Made by a program: the position numbers and the translations under genes. From Armatimonadota bacterium (GTDB taxonomy: Bacteria; Armatimonadota; UBA10988), in assembly GCA_016235455.1 (NCBI GenBank), contig JACRKZ010000026.1, positions 1 to 64,000 of the forward strand: a stretch of 64,000 nucleotides of DNA. The letters are read 5' to 3'. Each line of letters begins with the position of its first letter. Within the stretch, counting starts at the first letter, position 1. This document shows positions 35,160-44,258 of this stretch, piece after piece. The notes under the pieces were generated by a model that searched no databases, had not been told where the DNA came from, and saw only the letters and a list, made by a program, of their open reading frames with translations.

Positions 35160-36179
35160 CTACTTGCCGTTGATCCGCTTGTCTTCCAGGGCTTGCACCA
35201 GCAGCTTGCCCTTGTCTGCCGCGACCTGGCTCTTCTCGATGTTCCGAATGACCCCCTTGTCGTCGATCAGGAACACCCAGCGCTCGCACCCCGGACCGGT
35301 GCCGCCGCGCAGCGTGCCATAGGCCTGGGCCACCGCCTGATCGGTGTCCGAGAGCAGCGGGAAGGTCAGCTTCAGTTCCTTGGCGAAGTCCTGGCACTCC
35401 TTGAGCGGGCTGGTGGTGATACCGAACACCTCCACGTTGTACTCGCGGATCACATCCATCTCAGCCTGGATGCCGGCAAGTTGCGCCTTGGAGCCACCGC
35501 TGCCCGCGCGCAGGAACCAGACCAGCGCCACGGACGACTTGCCCGCGAACTGATCCAGCGTGTAGTCCTTGTCATCGGTGCCCTTCAGCTTGAGGGCCGG
35601 GGCCTTGTCGCCTGGCTTCAGGTCGACCTTGGTCGTGGTCGCGGCTGGAGCATCGGGGGCAGGCTTGCCACTGACCGCCTCGATCAGCAACTTGCCCTTG
35701 TCGGCCACGGCCTCGCCCTTCTCGATGTTCTTGATGACGCCCTGGTCGTCGATCAGGAACACCCAGCGCTCGCACATCGGGCCCGTACCGCCGCGCAGCG
35801 CGCCATACGCCTTGGCCACGGCCTGGTCGGTGTCCGAGAGCAGCGGGAAGGTCAGTTTCAACTCCTTGGCGAAGTCCTGGCATTCCTTGAGCGGGCTGGT
35901 GGTGATGCCCAGCACATGCACGTTGTACTTGCTGATCTCATCCAGTCTGGCTTGGATGCCGGAGAGCTGCGCCTTGGAGCCGCCGCTACCCGCACGCAGG
36001 AACCAGACCAGCGCCACGGACGACTTGCCCGCGAACTGCTCCAGCGAGTACTCCTTGTCGTCGGTCGCCTTCAGCTTCACGGACGGGGCCTTGTCCCCCG
36101 CCTTGAGGTCGACCCGGTCTTCGGCCGCGCAGACCAGCGCCGCCGCCGCCATGGCGAGACAGACCAGTAGTCTCTTCAT
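35160..36179 (-). CDS. Secreted tandem AhpC/TSA (BCP-like peroxiredoxin-fold) protein lacking the peroxidatic Cys
   Basis: Signal peptide plus two near-identical domains LKxGDKAP..L....K.Y.L.QFAGK..FPLLSDTD..VA.AYG..ERWVFLIDD.G.I. Confidence 0.85.
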   Translation of the reverse strand: MKRLLVCLAMAAAALVCAAEDRVDLKAGDKAPSVKLKATDDKEYSLEQFAGKSSVALVWFLRAGSGGSKAQLSGIQARLDEISKYNVHVLGITTSPLKECQDFAKELKLTFPLLSDTDQAVAKAYGALRGGTGPMCERWVFLIDDQGVIKNIEKGEAVADKGKLLIEAVSGKPAPDAPAATTTKVDLKPGDKAPALKLKGTDDKDYTLDQFAGKSSVALVWFLRAGSGGSKAQLAGIQAEMDVIREYNVEVFGITTSPLKECQDFAKELKLTFPLLSDTDQAVAQAYGTLRGGTGPGCERWVFLIDDKGVIRNIEKSQVAADKGKLLVQALEDKRINGK

Positions 36180-36307
36180 CACGAGACCCTTCCTTTCTGG
36201 GTGATACCACCCTGGTGAGGGGACGCAATCGATGAATGCCCGGTTCCCGGTCTGTTCTCACAACGCCGACTCAGCGTGCCGGCAGGCGACTCAGCCCACT
36301 ACGAGCG

Positions 36308-38308
36308 CTAGTCGAACCCGAACATGGGCGGATTGATGTTGATGCCCTTGACCCGCCCGATGATCACCGCCGCGGTCCACAGGCAGGCCATGGTGAAACT
36401 GCCCAGCGTCATGCCCAAGAAGAAGGGCATCAGCCGACGATAGAGCTTCATGCCGCCCGCGCGCAGGATGAAGCCCTTGATGGCCCAGGCCAGGAATGCC
36501 GAGAACCAGAACACGTTCATCGACCAGGCGGCATGGACCGCGTAAGCCAGCGGATGCAGCGGGAAGCCGGCGAACGCCGCGCGCAGGAAGACCAGCGCCG
36601 AGGTCACCCCCACGCCGTAGATGAACATCGTGCCGGTCAGCGGCGGGTTGGTCACGCGCCACTCGATGGCGGCCTGGGCGTTGCTCATGCGCGACCAGGC
36701 GTTGGCCGCCGGGTAGCCGTACAGGTTGACATGCCCGTCGCGATGCGACAGCGTCAGGAAGAAGTAGCTGCCGGCCACAAAAGCGACGACGATGGCGATG
36801 ATCGTGGGCAACAGCAGCGATCGCGGCCGTACCTTGAGGTCCTGGGCCATCTTCTGGCTGTCCAGGAAGTTGGTCAGCAACAGCCCGCGCGGATCGCGCG
36901 CCAGCACGATGTCCAGCAGCCCGATCATGGCCAGGTTGCGCGCGCCGAAGGTCGGCTGCGCGCGGAACATGACCAGGAAGTCCGTGGCGCGGAATGAGGT
37001 CTCGGTCTGGAGCACGCCCGCTTCGGTCACCAGGCGGCCCAGCACGAAGCAGATGACGAACAGGTACATGCCCATCTGCACCGCGCCAAAACCCCAGTCG
37101 AGCCCGGCCTGCCGCATCCACACCAGCGCGCCGCCGAACGACAGCACCAGCCCCCAGACCGCCATGCGGTAGGTGATCACCTCGCGTTCCGGCCCGTCGT
37201 CGATGCGCGTCCGGAAGGCGAAAGCCCGAGCCTTGACCTGCTTGAGGTGCGGCCAGGCCACGCGCATCAGGTAGATGAGCAGCACCAGGTGGGCACCCAT
37301 GCTCTGGTAGCCCGAGAAGCATGATGGGTTGTGCGCGTTCATCGTCGGCGAAGGATACCCCGCCTGCACCATGCACATGTCAAAGACGCGGCCGTAGACA
37401 TAGAACAGCCACAGGCTCAGCAGCAGGTCGCCCGACAGGAAGTAGAAGAAGCCGATAGCTTCCACCGACAAGTTGATCGGCGTGTACTGAATCTGGTTCC
37501 ACGGCCGCGTGGTGAGCCAATCGTTGATGACCACGCGCGTGGTGATGCCGGGCACCGGTGGGAAGTTGGCGTGGAGCCCGTTGAGCAGGTACAAGACGGT
37601 GGGTACGGCGAATCCGGTCCACATCAGCCGATTGCGGAAGAACGACCGCGAGTGCGCATCGTCGATGAGCGTCAGTGGCAAGGTGGTCAGCGGGAACACT
37701 AACTTCTCGTTGTCCTGCCACTGCCGTCTCAGAATCACCGAGAGGCACAGGAAGCTGGTGTAGACCAGCACCAGCAGGCCGCTCCAGGAGAGCAGCGGGC
37801 CGAGCCACAACCGCCATTGGACGGGTGCGTTGCCTTCGGCATAGTCCTTGGCCACGCGCTGCTTGGGCGGGCCTTTGGGGTCGAAGGCCACCAGCCACTT
37901 GGGAAGCAGGCCGGCGAAGGTCTGCATGGCCAGGTTCTCGGGTGTGGCGCGGTAGTTCAGCTCGATGGTGGGCGGGATGAGCTTCTCGATGGTGCCGCGA
38001 CTGCTCATCAGCACGGTGATGGTCAGCATCATGTAGATGGGCAGGAGGTCGCGCGGCTCCAGCAGGCGCCGGCCGGTAAGGCGAGTGATCAACTGCCCGA
38101 GCAGCACCACGCCCAGCAGCGCGCCGACGGCCGGCGGCGGCAACTGCAGGATGCCGATCTGCACACTCTTGCAGACCATGTCGCCGTAGACCGTGATGTA
38201 GGCAAACAGGATGCACAGCGGCACAGCGAGAATGAGCGCGCGAGCCCGCAGCCCGCGCGTCGTACCTGTCGTTGGCTCTGCTCCCAAGTCGGCCCGCTCC
38301 GTCGTCAC
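36308..38308 (-). CDS. DUF6785/DUF6784-type polytopic membrane protein, copy 2
   Basis: Start taken at GTG 38308 (GAAAGG upstream); LRRQWQDNEKLVFP, RLVTEAG, FPLHPLAYA, YRRLMPFFLGMTLG. Confidence 0.8.
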   Translation of the reverse strand: MTTERADLGAEPTTGTTRGLRARALILAVPLCILFAYITVYGDMVCKSVQIGILQLPPPAVGALLGVVLLGQLITRLTGRRLLEPRDLLPIYMMLTITVLMSSRGTIEKLIPPTIELNYRATPENLAMQTFAGLLPKWLVAFDPKGPPKQRVAKDYAEGNAPVQWRLWLGPLLSWSGLLVLVYTSFLCLSVILRRQWQDNEKLVFPLTTLPLTLIDDAHSRSFFRNRLMWTGFAVPTVLYLLNGLHANFPPVPGITTRVVINDWLTTRPWNQIQYTPINLSVEAIGFFYFLSGDLLLSLWLFYVYGRVFDMCMVQAGYPSPTMNAHNPSCFSGYQSMGAHLVLLIYLMRVAWPHLKQVKARAFAFRTRIDDGPEREVITYRMAVWGLVLSFGGALVWMRQAGLDWGFGAVQMGMYLFVICFVLGRLVTEAGVLQTETSFRATDFLVMFRAQPTFGARNLAMIGLLDIVLARDPRGLLLTNFLDSQKMAQDLKVRPRSLLLPTIIAIVVAFVAGSYFFLTLSHRDGHVNLYGYPAANAWSRMSNAQAAIEWRVTNPPLTGTMFIYGVGVTSALVFLRAAFAGFPLHPLAYAVHAAWSMNVFWFSAFLAWAIKGFILRAGGMKLYRRLMPFFLGMTLGSFTMACLWTAAVIIGRVKGININPPMFGFD

Positions 38309-38392
38309 GCCGCCTTTCGCGCCGTCTGAGGCGACTCCTTCCAGCAGGACCCGCCACGGGCGCCGCGAAGATCCCGCCCGTGGGAGACCGCC

Positions 38393-39448
38393 ATGGAGGA
38401 GTTTGCCGGACCCGAGTCGTTCCAGCTCGGCGTACCCGATCCATCGCGCTACGCGGGCCAGCGACGCGCGCCCGAGGATTGCCCGGTGCCCAATGCGCTT
38501 CGCGCGGCGGCCGAGATGCTCGACTTGGCGAGCGATGTCGACGTACATGACGGCTGGACCATCGACCGCACGCACACCAGACTCATGGCCGCCTCGGGCC
38601 TCGCCTTCGACCTGTGGTGGCCGCCGCTCGAGGGGCAAATGGGCCGTACCGACACGGCGCTGGAGGTCAGTCTGTGGGGCGCTGAGCTGGTCGCTGGCGC
38701 AGCCTACCTGGGCTTCAACGCGGAACTGCTGGTGGAGCAGGCACCACGCTACGAGCGGGCCGTGGCGTGTCTGCTCAACGGCTGGCCCCTGATCGTCTTC
38801 GGCCAGCCCGAGCCGCACCAGTTCGTGCTGGTCACCGGCTATGAGGACGAGGGCTACACGCTGATCGGCTTCCTGGCCGAGCCTGGCGGTCGCGGCATCG
38901 TCTTCGGCCCCGACCAGCGTCTCCACCTGCCCGGCGGCCTCAGCCGCGCCCGCGCGCTGGGCCTCTTCACCGACTGGTCGGAGCCTGCACCCGAGGTCGA
39001 CCGCATCATGGCCGCACTACGGCACGGTGCGGAACTGATGTCGCGCAGCCGAGCCGGTGCCTATCTCACCAACCAGGCGCTGTTCGACGCCTGGGCCGAG
39101 GCGCTGGAAACCGGGGAGGACGCGCTGGTGCACCAGGCCTTCCTGGGCGACCCGCTCATCTGGGAGTTGGCCGAGCGGCGCTGGTATGGCTCGCTCTTCC
39201 TCAAGCAGGCCGCCGAGCACCGGCCCGACCTGAGCGAGCCGCTGCTGGCCGCGGCCGCCTGCTTCCAGGCCGAGCACGATCTGATGTATGAGTTCAACCG
39301 CACGGCGGGCGGCGTCAACCCGGGCGATCCGCTGCCGTTGCTGGTCGAGCGCGAGACGCGGCCCAAGCTGGCCGCCATCGTGCGCGCCGCGCAAGCCAAG
39401 GATGCCCAGGCGGCTGGCCTGATCGCCAGGGCGGCAGACCACTCGTAG
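38393..39448 (+). CDS. Hypothetical protein, possible papain-like (C39/BtrH-like) fold
   Basis: GGGAG RBS; EDCPVPNALR and HQFVLVTGYE could supply a Cys-His pair (inference). Confidence 0.65.
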   Translation: MEEFAGPESFQLGVPDPSRYAGQRRAPEDCPVPNALRAAAEMLDLASDVDVHDGWTIDRTHTRLMAASGLAFDLWWPPLEGQMGRTDTALEVSLWGAELVAGAAYLGFNAELLVEQAPRYERAVACLLNGWPLIVFGQPEPHQFVLVTGYEDEGYTLIGFLAEPGGRGIVFGPDQRLHLPGGLSRARALGLFTDWSEPAPEVDRIMAALRHGAELMSRSRAGAYLTNQALFDAWAEALETGEDALVHQAFLGDPLIWELAERRWYGSLFLKQAAEHRPDLSEPLLAAAACFQAEHDLMYEFNRTAGGVNPGDPLPLLVERETRPKLAAIVRAAQAKDAQAAGLIARAADHS

Positions 39449-39467
39449 CGGCGGCCCTGCGGCGCGC

Positions 39468-42296
39468 CTAGCCGCGCGTGATCTCGTAGTACAACACGCC
39501 CTTGTCCTCGCGCCGCGAGCTGGCCTCGAAGACCAGCGCGCCGTCGCGCACGGTCGCCTTGACCTCGCCCAGTCGCGCGCCGCTGAGAGCCAGCGCGAAG
39601 ACCATGTACCGCGCCGGCTCGACCAGCTTGAGCGTTATCTCGGTCCGCACGTCACGCACCAGCAGCGGCAGGTCACCCCAGGCCTGAAGCGTCAGCAGGG
39701 CGTGCTCGGCGAAGCGCCGCCCACTGGCCTGGACGTCCGGCACGTGTGCCAGCAGCAGCCGCGGCGCGCGCGCCACGGGCTCGGCCGACAGGCTGGCAGC
39801 GAACACGCCGATGGTGGACTTGCTCGCGCCGAGGCTCATCACGCTCGTCGCGCCAGGCTGGCCGTGGGCCGAGAAGATGGCCTGGCAGCCAGGCGTATCC
39901 ACGGTGAACAGCCCCGCCTGGCCCTCGATCCGCAGTTGGCCCGTGTCGCTCACGTAGAGGCCCTTGGCCACGTCGGTCGGGTTGCCCGCCGGCAGGTTGC
40001 CGCCAGCGCGCAGAGCGGCCAGCACCTTCTCCACGGCGTCCTTGCCACGAGGATCAATGGCGCCGCCCTTGAGCGGCAGCGCTAGCTCGCCCTTGGCGCC
40101 GGCGGAGTCGATCCGGCAGCCGAGCCGCGATACCAGGCTGATCCGGCCCAGTTGACCCAGGCCCGAGGCGAGCCCGTCGGGCAGGTAACTGCTGCCCGTC
40201 AGGATGTCCGCCGACCTGGCACCAAGCGACACGGTGTTCCTGGCCGGCGCCACATCGCGCAGGAAGAGCAACGCGGCGAACCGGTCCGAGGCCAGCAGGT
40301 TCGGGTCGGTGGCCATGTCGAAGTAGTTGCTGGCCTTCGGCGCCGCCAGGTTGCCCTGGTCGTGGCTGTAAGCGAAGCGCCACACCGCGTCCCAGCCCTG
40401 CAGCGCGGCGTAGGCGCCGGTCAGCGGGCCGCTCTCGGCGCGATAGCTGTTCGGGTTGGCGTAGTTGTACTCGGAGAAGCCGAACGGTCGGTCCAGCACC
40501 TGCGTGATGGCCCGATCGACGTGCAGCGGATTGGTGGCCACGGTGGCGCTGCCGCCACCGCTCCAGCCTCGCGAGGGCAGGCGCCAGTCGCCCTCCAGGA
40601 ACTGTGGATGGTCCCAGTAGGCGTGGTTGTCCACATAGTCGAACTTGGCCCGCAGCGCCTGGTTGGGCCAGTTCTCGGTCCAGGCGTTGATGTCGGTGAG
40701 CGGCGCGGGGCACTTGAGATCCGTGCGCAGGAACTGCTTCATATCCTCGTAGAAGGCCAGGTGCACTTCGGCCAAGAACGCGGCGCAGTCGGCGCCGACC
40801 TTGCCCTGCAGGTCGCGCGGCAGCGGCACGGTGCCCTTGGCCGGGTCCTGGTCGGCGGCCAGCTTATCGCCCCAGGCCGCGGCCAGCGTGGCGCGCGTAC
40901 CATAGCGCTTGACCAGCCAGGCGTTGAACCGCTCGGCAAACAAGCGGCGCACCTCGCCGCTCATGCGCCCCAGGAAGTTGCCGGCGGCGCCCTCGTTGAC
41001 CAGCGACAACGAGCACAGCGCCGGGTCATTGGCCAGAGCCTTGCCGGTGTACGGGTTCACGTGGCCCAAGAAGGCCCTGGCGAACGCCTTGAGGTTGGCG
41101 CGTGCCTTGTCGCTGACCAGCACGGCGGTCTTGTAGTCGTCCATGCCGCGGCCGCCGTCGACCGTCTCGGCCTCGCGGATGGGCCGTGAGACGAACAGGT
41201 CGGTGGTGACGTAGATGCCCCGTTTGGCCAGCGCCGCCACAAAGTAGTCGAGGCGGTCCAGCTTGTCGGCATCGAAGGTCAGCGAGTCGGCCGCATCGCC
41301 GCGCACCAGGTTGCTCTCGTAGTGGTGGATACGCAGCGTGTTGTAGCCGGTCATGGCCAGGCGATCAGCCACTTTGTCGGCCAACGCGTGGTCCAGATAC
41401 AGCGCGGAGAAGCAGAAGTTGATGCCATACAGCTTGACCGCGCGGCCGGGCTGGCCGGTGAACTCCAGCCGGTCGCCAACCGCTTGGACCCAGCCGTGCT
41501 TCCCGGCCGGCGCGTCCAGCAGGCCCAGCGGGCGGAAGTCCAAGGCGGAGCCGGGTTCGAGATCGACGCTGACCGGCAGTTCCACCCAATCGGGTCCGGC
41601 CTTGAGGGTCACGGGTTCGTCCACGACAAGCTCCAGTGCGGGCTGGCCGGTGACCGTGAAGGCCAGCGCCAGCGGGTCTCGCCAGGCCACGCCATCACCC
41701 AGCAGGCCGATGACGCGCACGGTGAAGTTCTGGACGCCCCATTGGCGGTCGTCCTGGATGAGGAAGTTGACCGGCTCCTCGGCGACGAAGCTCAGCTTCA
41801 CGCCGCCGGTTGTGGTCAGCGCAAGGGCGGTGCCCTTGGCGCCGAACAGACCCGTCTCGCCCAGCGTGGCCGGCAGCGTGCCGCGCTTGTCACCCGACTC
41901 CCAGGTCGCGCCAATCCAGGCCGAGGCGGGCAGGTTCCAGGCCACGTGCACGCTGTTCACAGGCACCTCGCCCGGCGGCGTGAAGCGGTAGGCCAGCTTG
42001 GCCCCGCCGGCTACCGCCGACGCCGTGGCGCTGACCTTGACCTCGCCGCGACCCGTGGCGATCTTGAGCGACCGTGTGGCGCCGGTGGCCGGCACGGACG
42101 AGTCCATGCCCGCGTCATGACCGGCCCAGCCGGCCTCGAACAGCGCGGCGGTGCCGGTGGCCAGCGTCGCGCCGCCATGGTTGATCAGCAGGCGGCCATC
42201 GGGCGTCCAGAGCGCGCTCTCGGCGGGCTGCGCGCCGACGCATGCGGCAACGAGACACGACGCCAGCAGCGCCGTCGAGGTTAGCTTCAAGGACAC
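39468..42296 (-). CDS. Secreted clan GH-A (GH5-like) glycoside hydrolase
   Basis: Signal peptide; APAGKHG, LYGINF, GYNTLRIHH, GIYVTTDL, LVNE (acid/base), DNHAYWDHP, FSEYN (nucleophile). Confidence 0.82.
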   Translation of the reverse strand: MSLKLTSTALLASCLVAACVGAQPAESALWTPDGRLLINHGGATLATGTAALFEAGWAGHDAGMDSSVPATGATRSLKIATGRGEVKVSATASAVAGGAKLAYRFTPPGEVPVNSVHVAWNLPASAWIGATWESGDKRGTLPATLGETGLFGAKGTALALTTTGGVKLSFVAEEPVNFLIQDDRQWGVQNFTVRVIGLLGDGVAWRDPLALAFTVTGQPALELVVDEPVTLKAGPDWVELPVSVDLEPGSALDFRPLGLLDAPAGKHGWVQAVGDRLEFTGQPGRAVKLYGINFCFSALYLDHALADKVADRLAMTGYNTLRIHHYESNLVRGDAADSLTFDADKLDRLDYFVAALAKRGIYVTTDLFVSRPIREAETVDGGRGMDDYKTAVLVSDKARANLKAFARAFLGHVNPYTGKALANDPALCSLSLVNEGAAGNFLGRMSGEVRRLFAERFNAWLVKRYGTRATLAAAWGDKLAADQDPAKGTVPLPRDLQGKVGADCAAFLAEVHLAFYEDMKQFLRTDLKCPAPLTDINAWTENWPNQALRAKFDYVDNHAYWDHPQFLEGDWRLPSRGWSGGGSATVATNPLHVDRAITQVLDRPFGFSEYNYANPNSYRAESGPLTGAYAALQGWDAVWRFAYSHDQGNLAAPKASNYFDMATDPNLLASDRFAALLFLRDVAPARNTVSLGARSADILTGSSYLPDGLASGLGQLGRISLVSRLGCRIDSAGAKGELALPLKGGAIDPRGKDAVEKVLAALRAGGNLPAGNPTDVAKGLYVSDTGQLRIEGQAGLFTVDTPGCQAIFSAHGQPGATSVMSLGASKSTIGVFAASLSAEPVARAPRLLLAHVPDVQASGRRFAEHALLTLQAWGDLPLLVRDVRTEITLKLVEPARYMVFALALSGARLGEVKATVRDGALVFEASSRREDKGVLYYEITRG

Positions 42297-42299
42297 GGT

Positions 42300-44129
42300 C
42301 TACTCCGGGAAGATCATCTGCTCAACCAACTGCATCTGGTAGGTCATGTCGTTGGCCAGGTCGATGACCGACACCTCGCGCGCCAGGCGCTCGGCGAGTT
42401 CCATCTCGATGGACGACACCAGAGCCAGTCTGGCTCCCGCGCCGGCGGCATTGCCCACGGCGGTGATGCGTTCCATGGGCACGGGCGGCAAGAGTCCGAC
42501 GCGCAGCGCGCTCTCCACCCGCAGATAGCTGCCGAAGCCGCCGGCCAGGTAGACATGCTCGATGTCGTCAGCCACCACCCCGGCCCGCGCCATGAGCGCC
42601 TCGATGCTGGCCCGGATACTGCCCTTGGCCAACTGCACCTCGCGGATGTCGCGCGCGGTAAGCAGCAACTCGTGGCCGGTGCCGGCCTGCGCAGCGGGCA
42701 CCAGGCGGAAGGCGCGCTTGGCGCCCTCGCCCGATAGACGGCTGTTGAGCGCTTCATGCCCATTGGCGCTGCCCACCAGGCGGCCGGTGGATTCCAGCAC
42801 GCCGGTGGAGCACAACAGGGCGATGGCATCGAGCAGACCCGAGCCGCAGATGCCCCGCGGCGCCTCATGCTCGATGACCGCGAAGGCCAGGTCGTCGTCG
42901 ACCAGATCGACCCGCGAGATGGCGCCAGCCGCGCCGCGCAGGCCGCAACTGATCCGCGCGCCCTCGAAGGCCGGGCCCGCGGCGGCGCTGCAGCCGTACC
43001 ACTTGCCGTCGTGGAACAGCACCATCTCGCCGTTGGTGCCGATATCCACCAGCAACGTGGTCTGGGTGGGTTCGGGCGCAGCGGCCACCATCACGCCAAC
43101 GGTGTCGGAGCCCAGGAATCCGGCGATGTTGGGCAGCACGGTGACCGTCGCGTCGGGCAGTTCGGCCAAGCCGATCTCGGCGCCGCTGGCGGTGACCGAG
43201 GTCTGCATGATCGGCGCGAACGGTGCCAGGCCCAGGCCCTTGGGGTTGATGCCCAGCAGGATGTGCGTCATCGTCGCGTTGCCGACAATGGCAGCGCGTA
43301 CCACAGCGGCGGTCTCGACGCCGGCCTGCTGACAGGCCCGCCGCACCAGGTCGTCGATGGCCCCACGAACCAGCAGACTAAGGCGTTCCAGGCCATCGGG
43401 CAGACTGACGCAGTGATGGATGCGCGAGACGACGTCGTCGCCATGCGCCACCTGCGGGTTGAGCATGGCGGCATGAGCCAGCTCGGCGCCGGTCTCCAGG
43501 TCGTGCAGGTAGCAGACCAGCGTGGTGGTGCCGATGTCGATGGCCACGCCCAATCGCCCGAACGGCGGGTGGCCCGACTCCAGGCGCACCACGCGCCCGC
43601 CCACGGTCGTCACCGCAAGGTGCGTATCGCCTTCACCCAGCAACTCGGCCAGCCGGCGCAGAGCGTGCAGGCTCGGGTCGAGCCGCATGCCCGCCGCCGC
43701 TTCGAGCCGACTCCAGTCGGGTCGGTCATCGCCCAGCGGGGCCTTGGGCACGGTCACGCCGAACAGACGCACATCGCTGCCCACCCGCGTGCCGCGCAGC
43801 AGGCCGCCCACCATGATCTGGTTGGCCCGCGAGACGGTGTTGACATCGGGCATGACCACCATCGGCCGGTCGACCGTCTGCTGGCAGGCCAGCCGAACGT
43901 TCGCCGCCAGATCCGCGGCGGTCAGCTCGTCGAGCTCCTCGAAGGTAGGCGCCTTGGCGCCCTCGATGAGGGTGACGCGGCATTTGCCACACAACCCCAG
44001 CCCGCCGCAGGGCACTTCCATCGGCAGCCCGGCCAGAGCCGCGGCACGCATCAGCGGCGTGCCATGCTCTACTTCGACCTCACGGCCTTCCGGTTCGAAG
44101 CGCACCAGGTAGTGTTGATTCCTCGCCAT
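42300..44129 (-). CDS. 2Fe-2S/ASKHA-domain protein (RACo/RamA-type reductive activator of corrinoid proteins, DUF4445)
   Basis: CGGLGLCGKC..RLACQ, AIDIGTTT, VDIGTNGE, AAGPAFEG, GICGSG, LAGGFG. Confidence 0.92.
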   Translation of the reverse strand: MARNQHYLVRFEPEGREVEVEHGTPLMRAAALAGLPMEVPCGGLGLCGKCRVTLIEGAKAPTFEELDELTAADLAANVRLACQQTVDRPMVVMPDVNTVSRANQIMVGGLLRGTRVGSDVRLFGVTVPKAPLGDDRPDWSRLEAAAGMRLDPSLHALRRLAELLGEGDTHLAVTTVGGRVVRLESGHPPFGRLGVAIDIGTTTLVCYLHDLETGAELAHAAMLNPQVAHGDDVVSRIHHCVSLPDGLERLSLLVRGAIDDLVRRACQQAGVETAAVVRAAIVGNATMTHILLGINPKGLGLAPFAPIMQTSVTASGAEIGLAELPDATVTVLPNIAGFLGSDTVGVMVAAAPEPTQTTLLVDIGTNGEMVLFHDGKWYGCSAAAGPAFEGARISCGLRGAAGAISRVDLVDDDLAFAVIEHEAPRGICGSGLLDAIALLCSTGVLESTGRLVGSANGHEALNSRLSGEGAKRAFRLVPAAQAGTGHELLLTARDIREVQLAKGSIRASIEALMARAGVVADDIEHVYLAGGFGSYLRVESALRVGLLPPVPMERITAVGNAAGAGARLALVSSIEMELAERLAREVSVIDLANDMTYQMQLVEQMIFPE

Positions 44130-44258
44130 CGCTGTCTCTCGCTGGTCACCGAGCCCGTCTTGCCCGTAACATGAAAGGAGTATGACCCTCCAGCGGGAAC
44201 TGCCGGCCCCAGGTTAGTCGTCCAGCGCGGTAGGGTAGCATGAATAGAGGAGCGGCCG

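Noticed and set aside
35160-36179. Selenocysteine recoding in the peroxiredoxin-like domains
   Set aside because: The active-site codons are TCC (Ser) and there is no in-frame TGA.
38309-38926. Long N-terminal extensions in the ORF track (872-aa, 810-aa, 819-aa, 631-aa and 534-aa versions)
   Set aside because: They overlap neighbouring real genes and are low-complexity. Downstream starts with an RBS or family-typical N-terminus (38308, 11634, 3638, 53630, 35109) fit better.
44174-44217. AAAGGAG followed by a short ORF upstream of the SGNH gene
   Set aside because: The SD-to-ATG spacing is only 1 nt, so it is unlikely to be translated.
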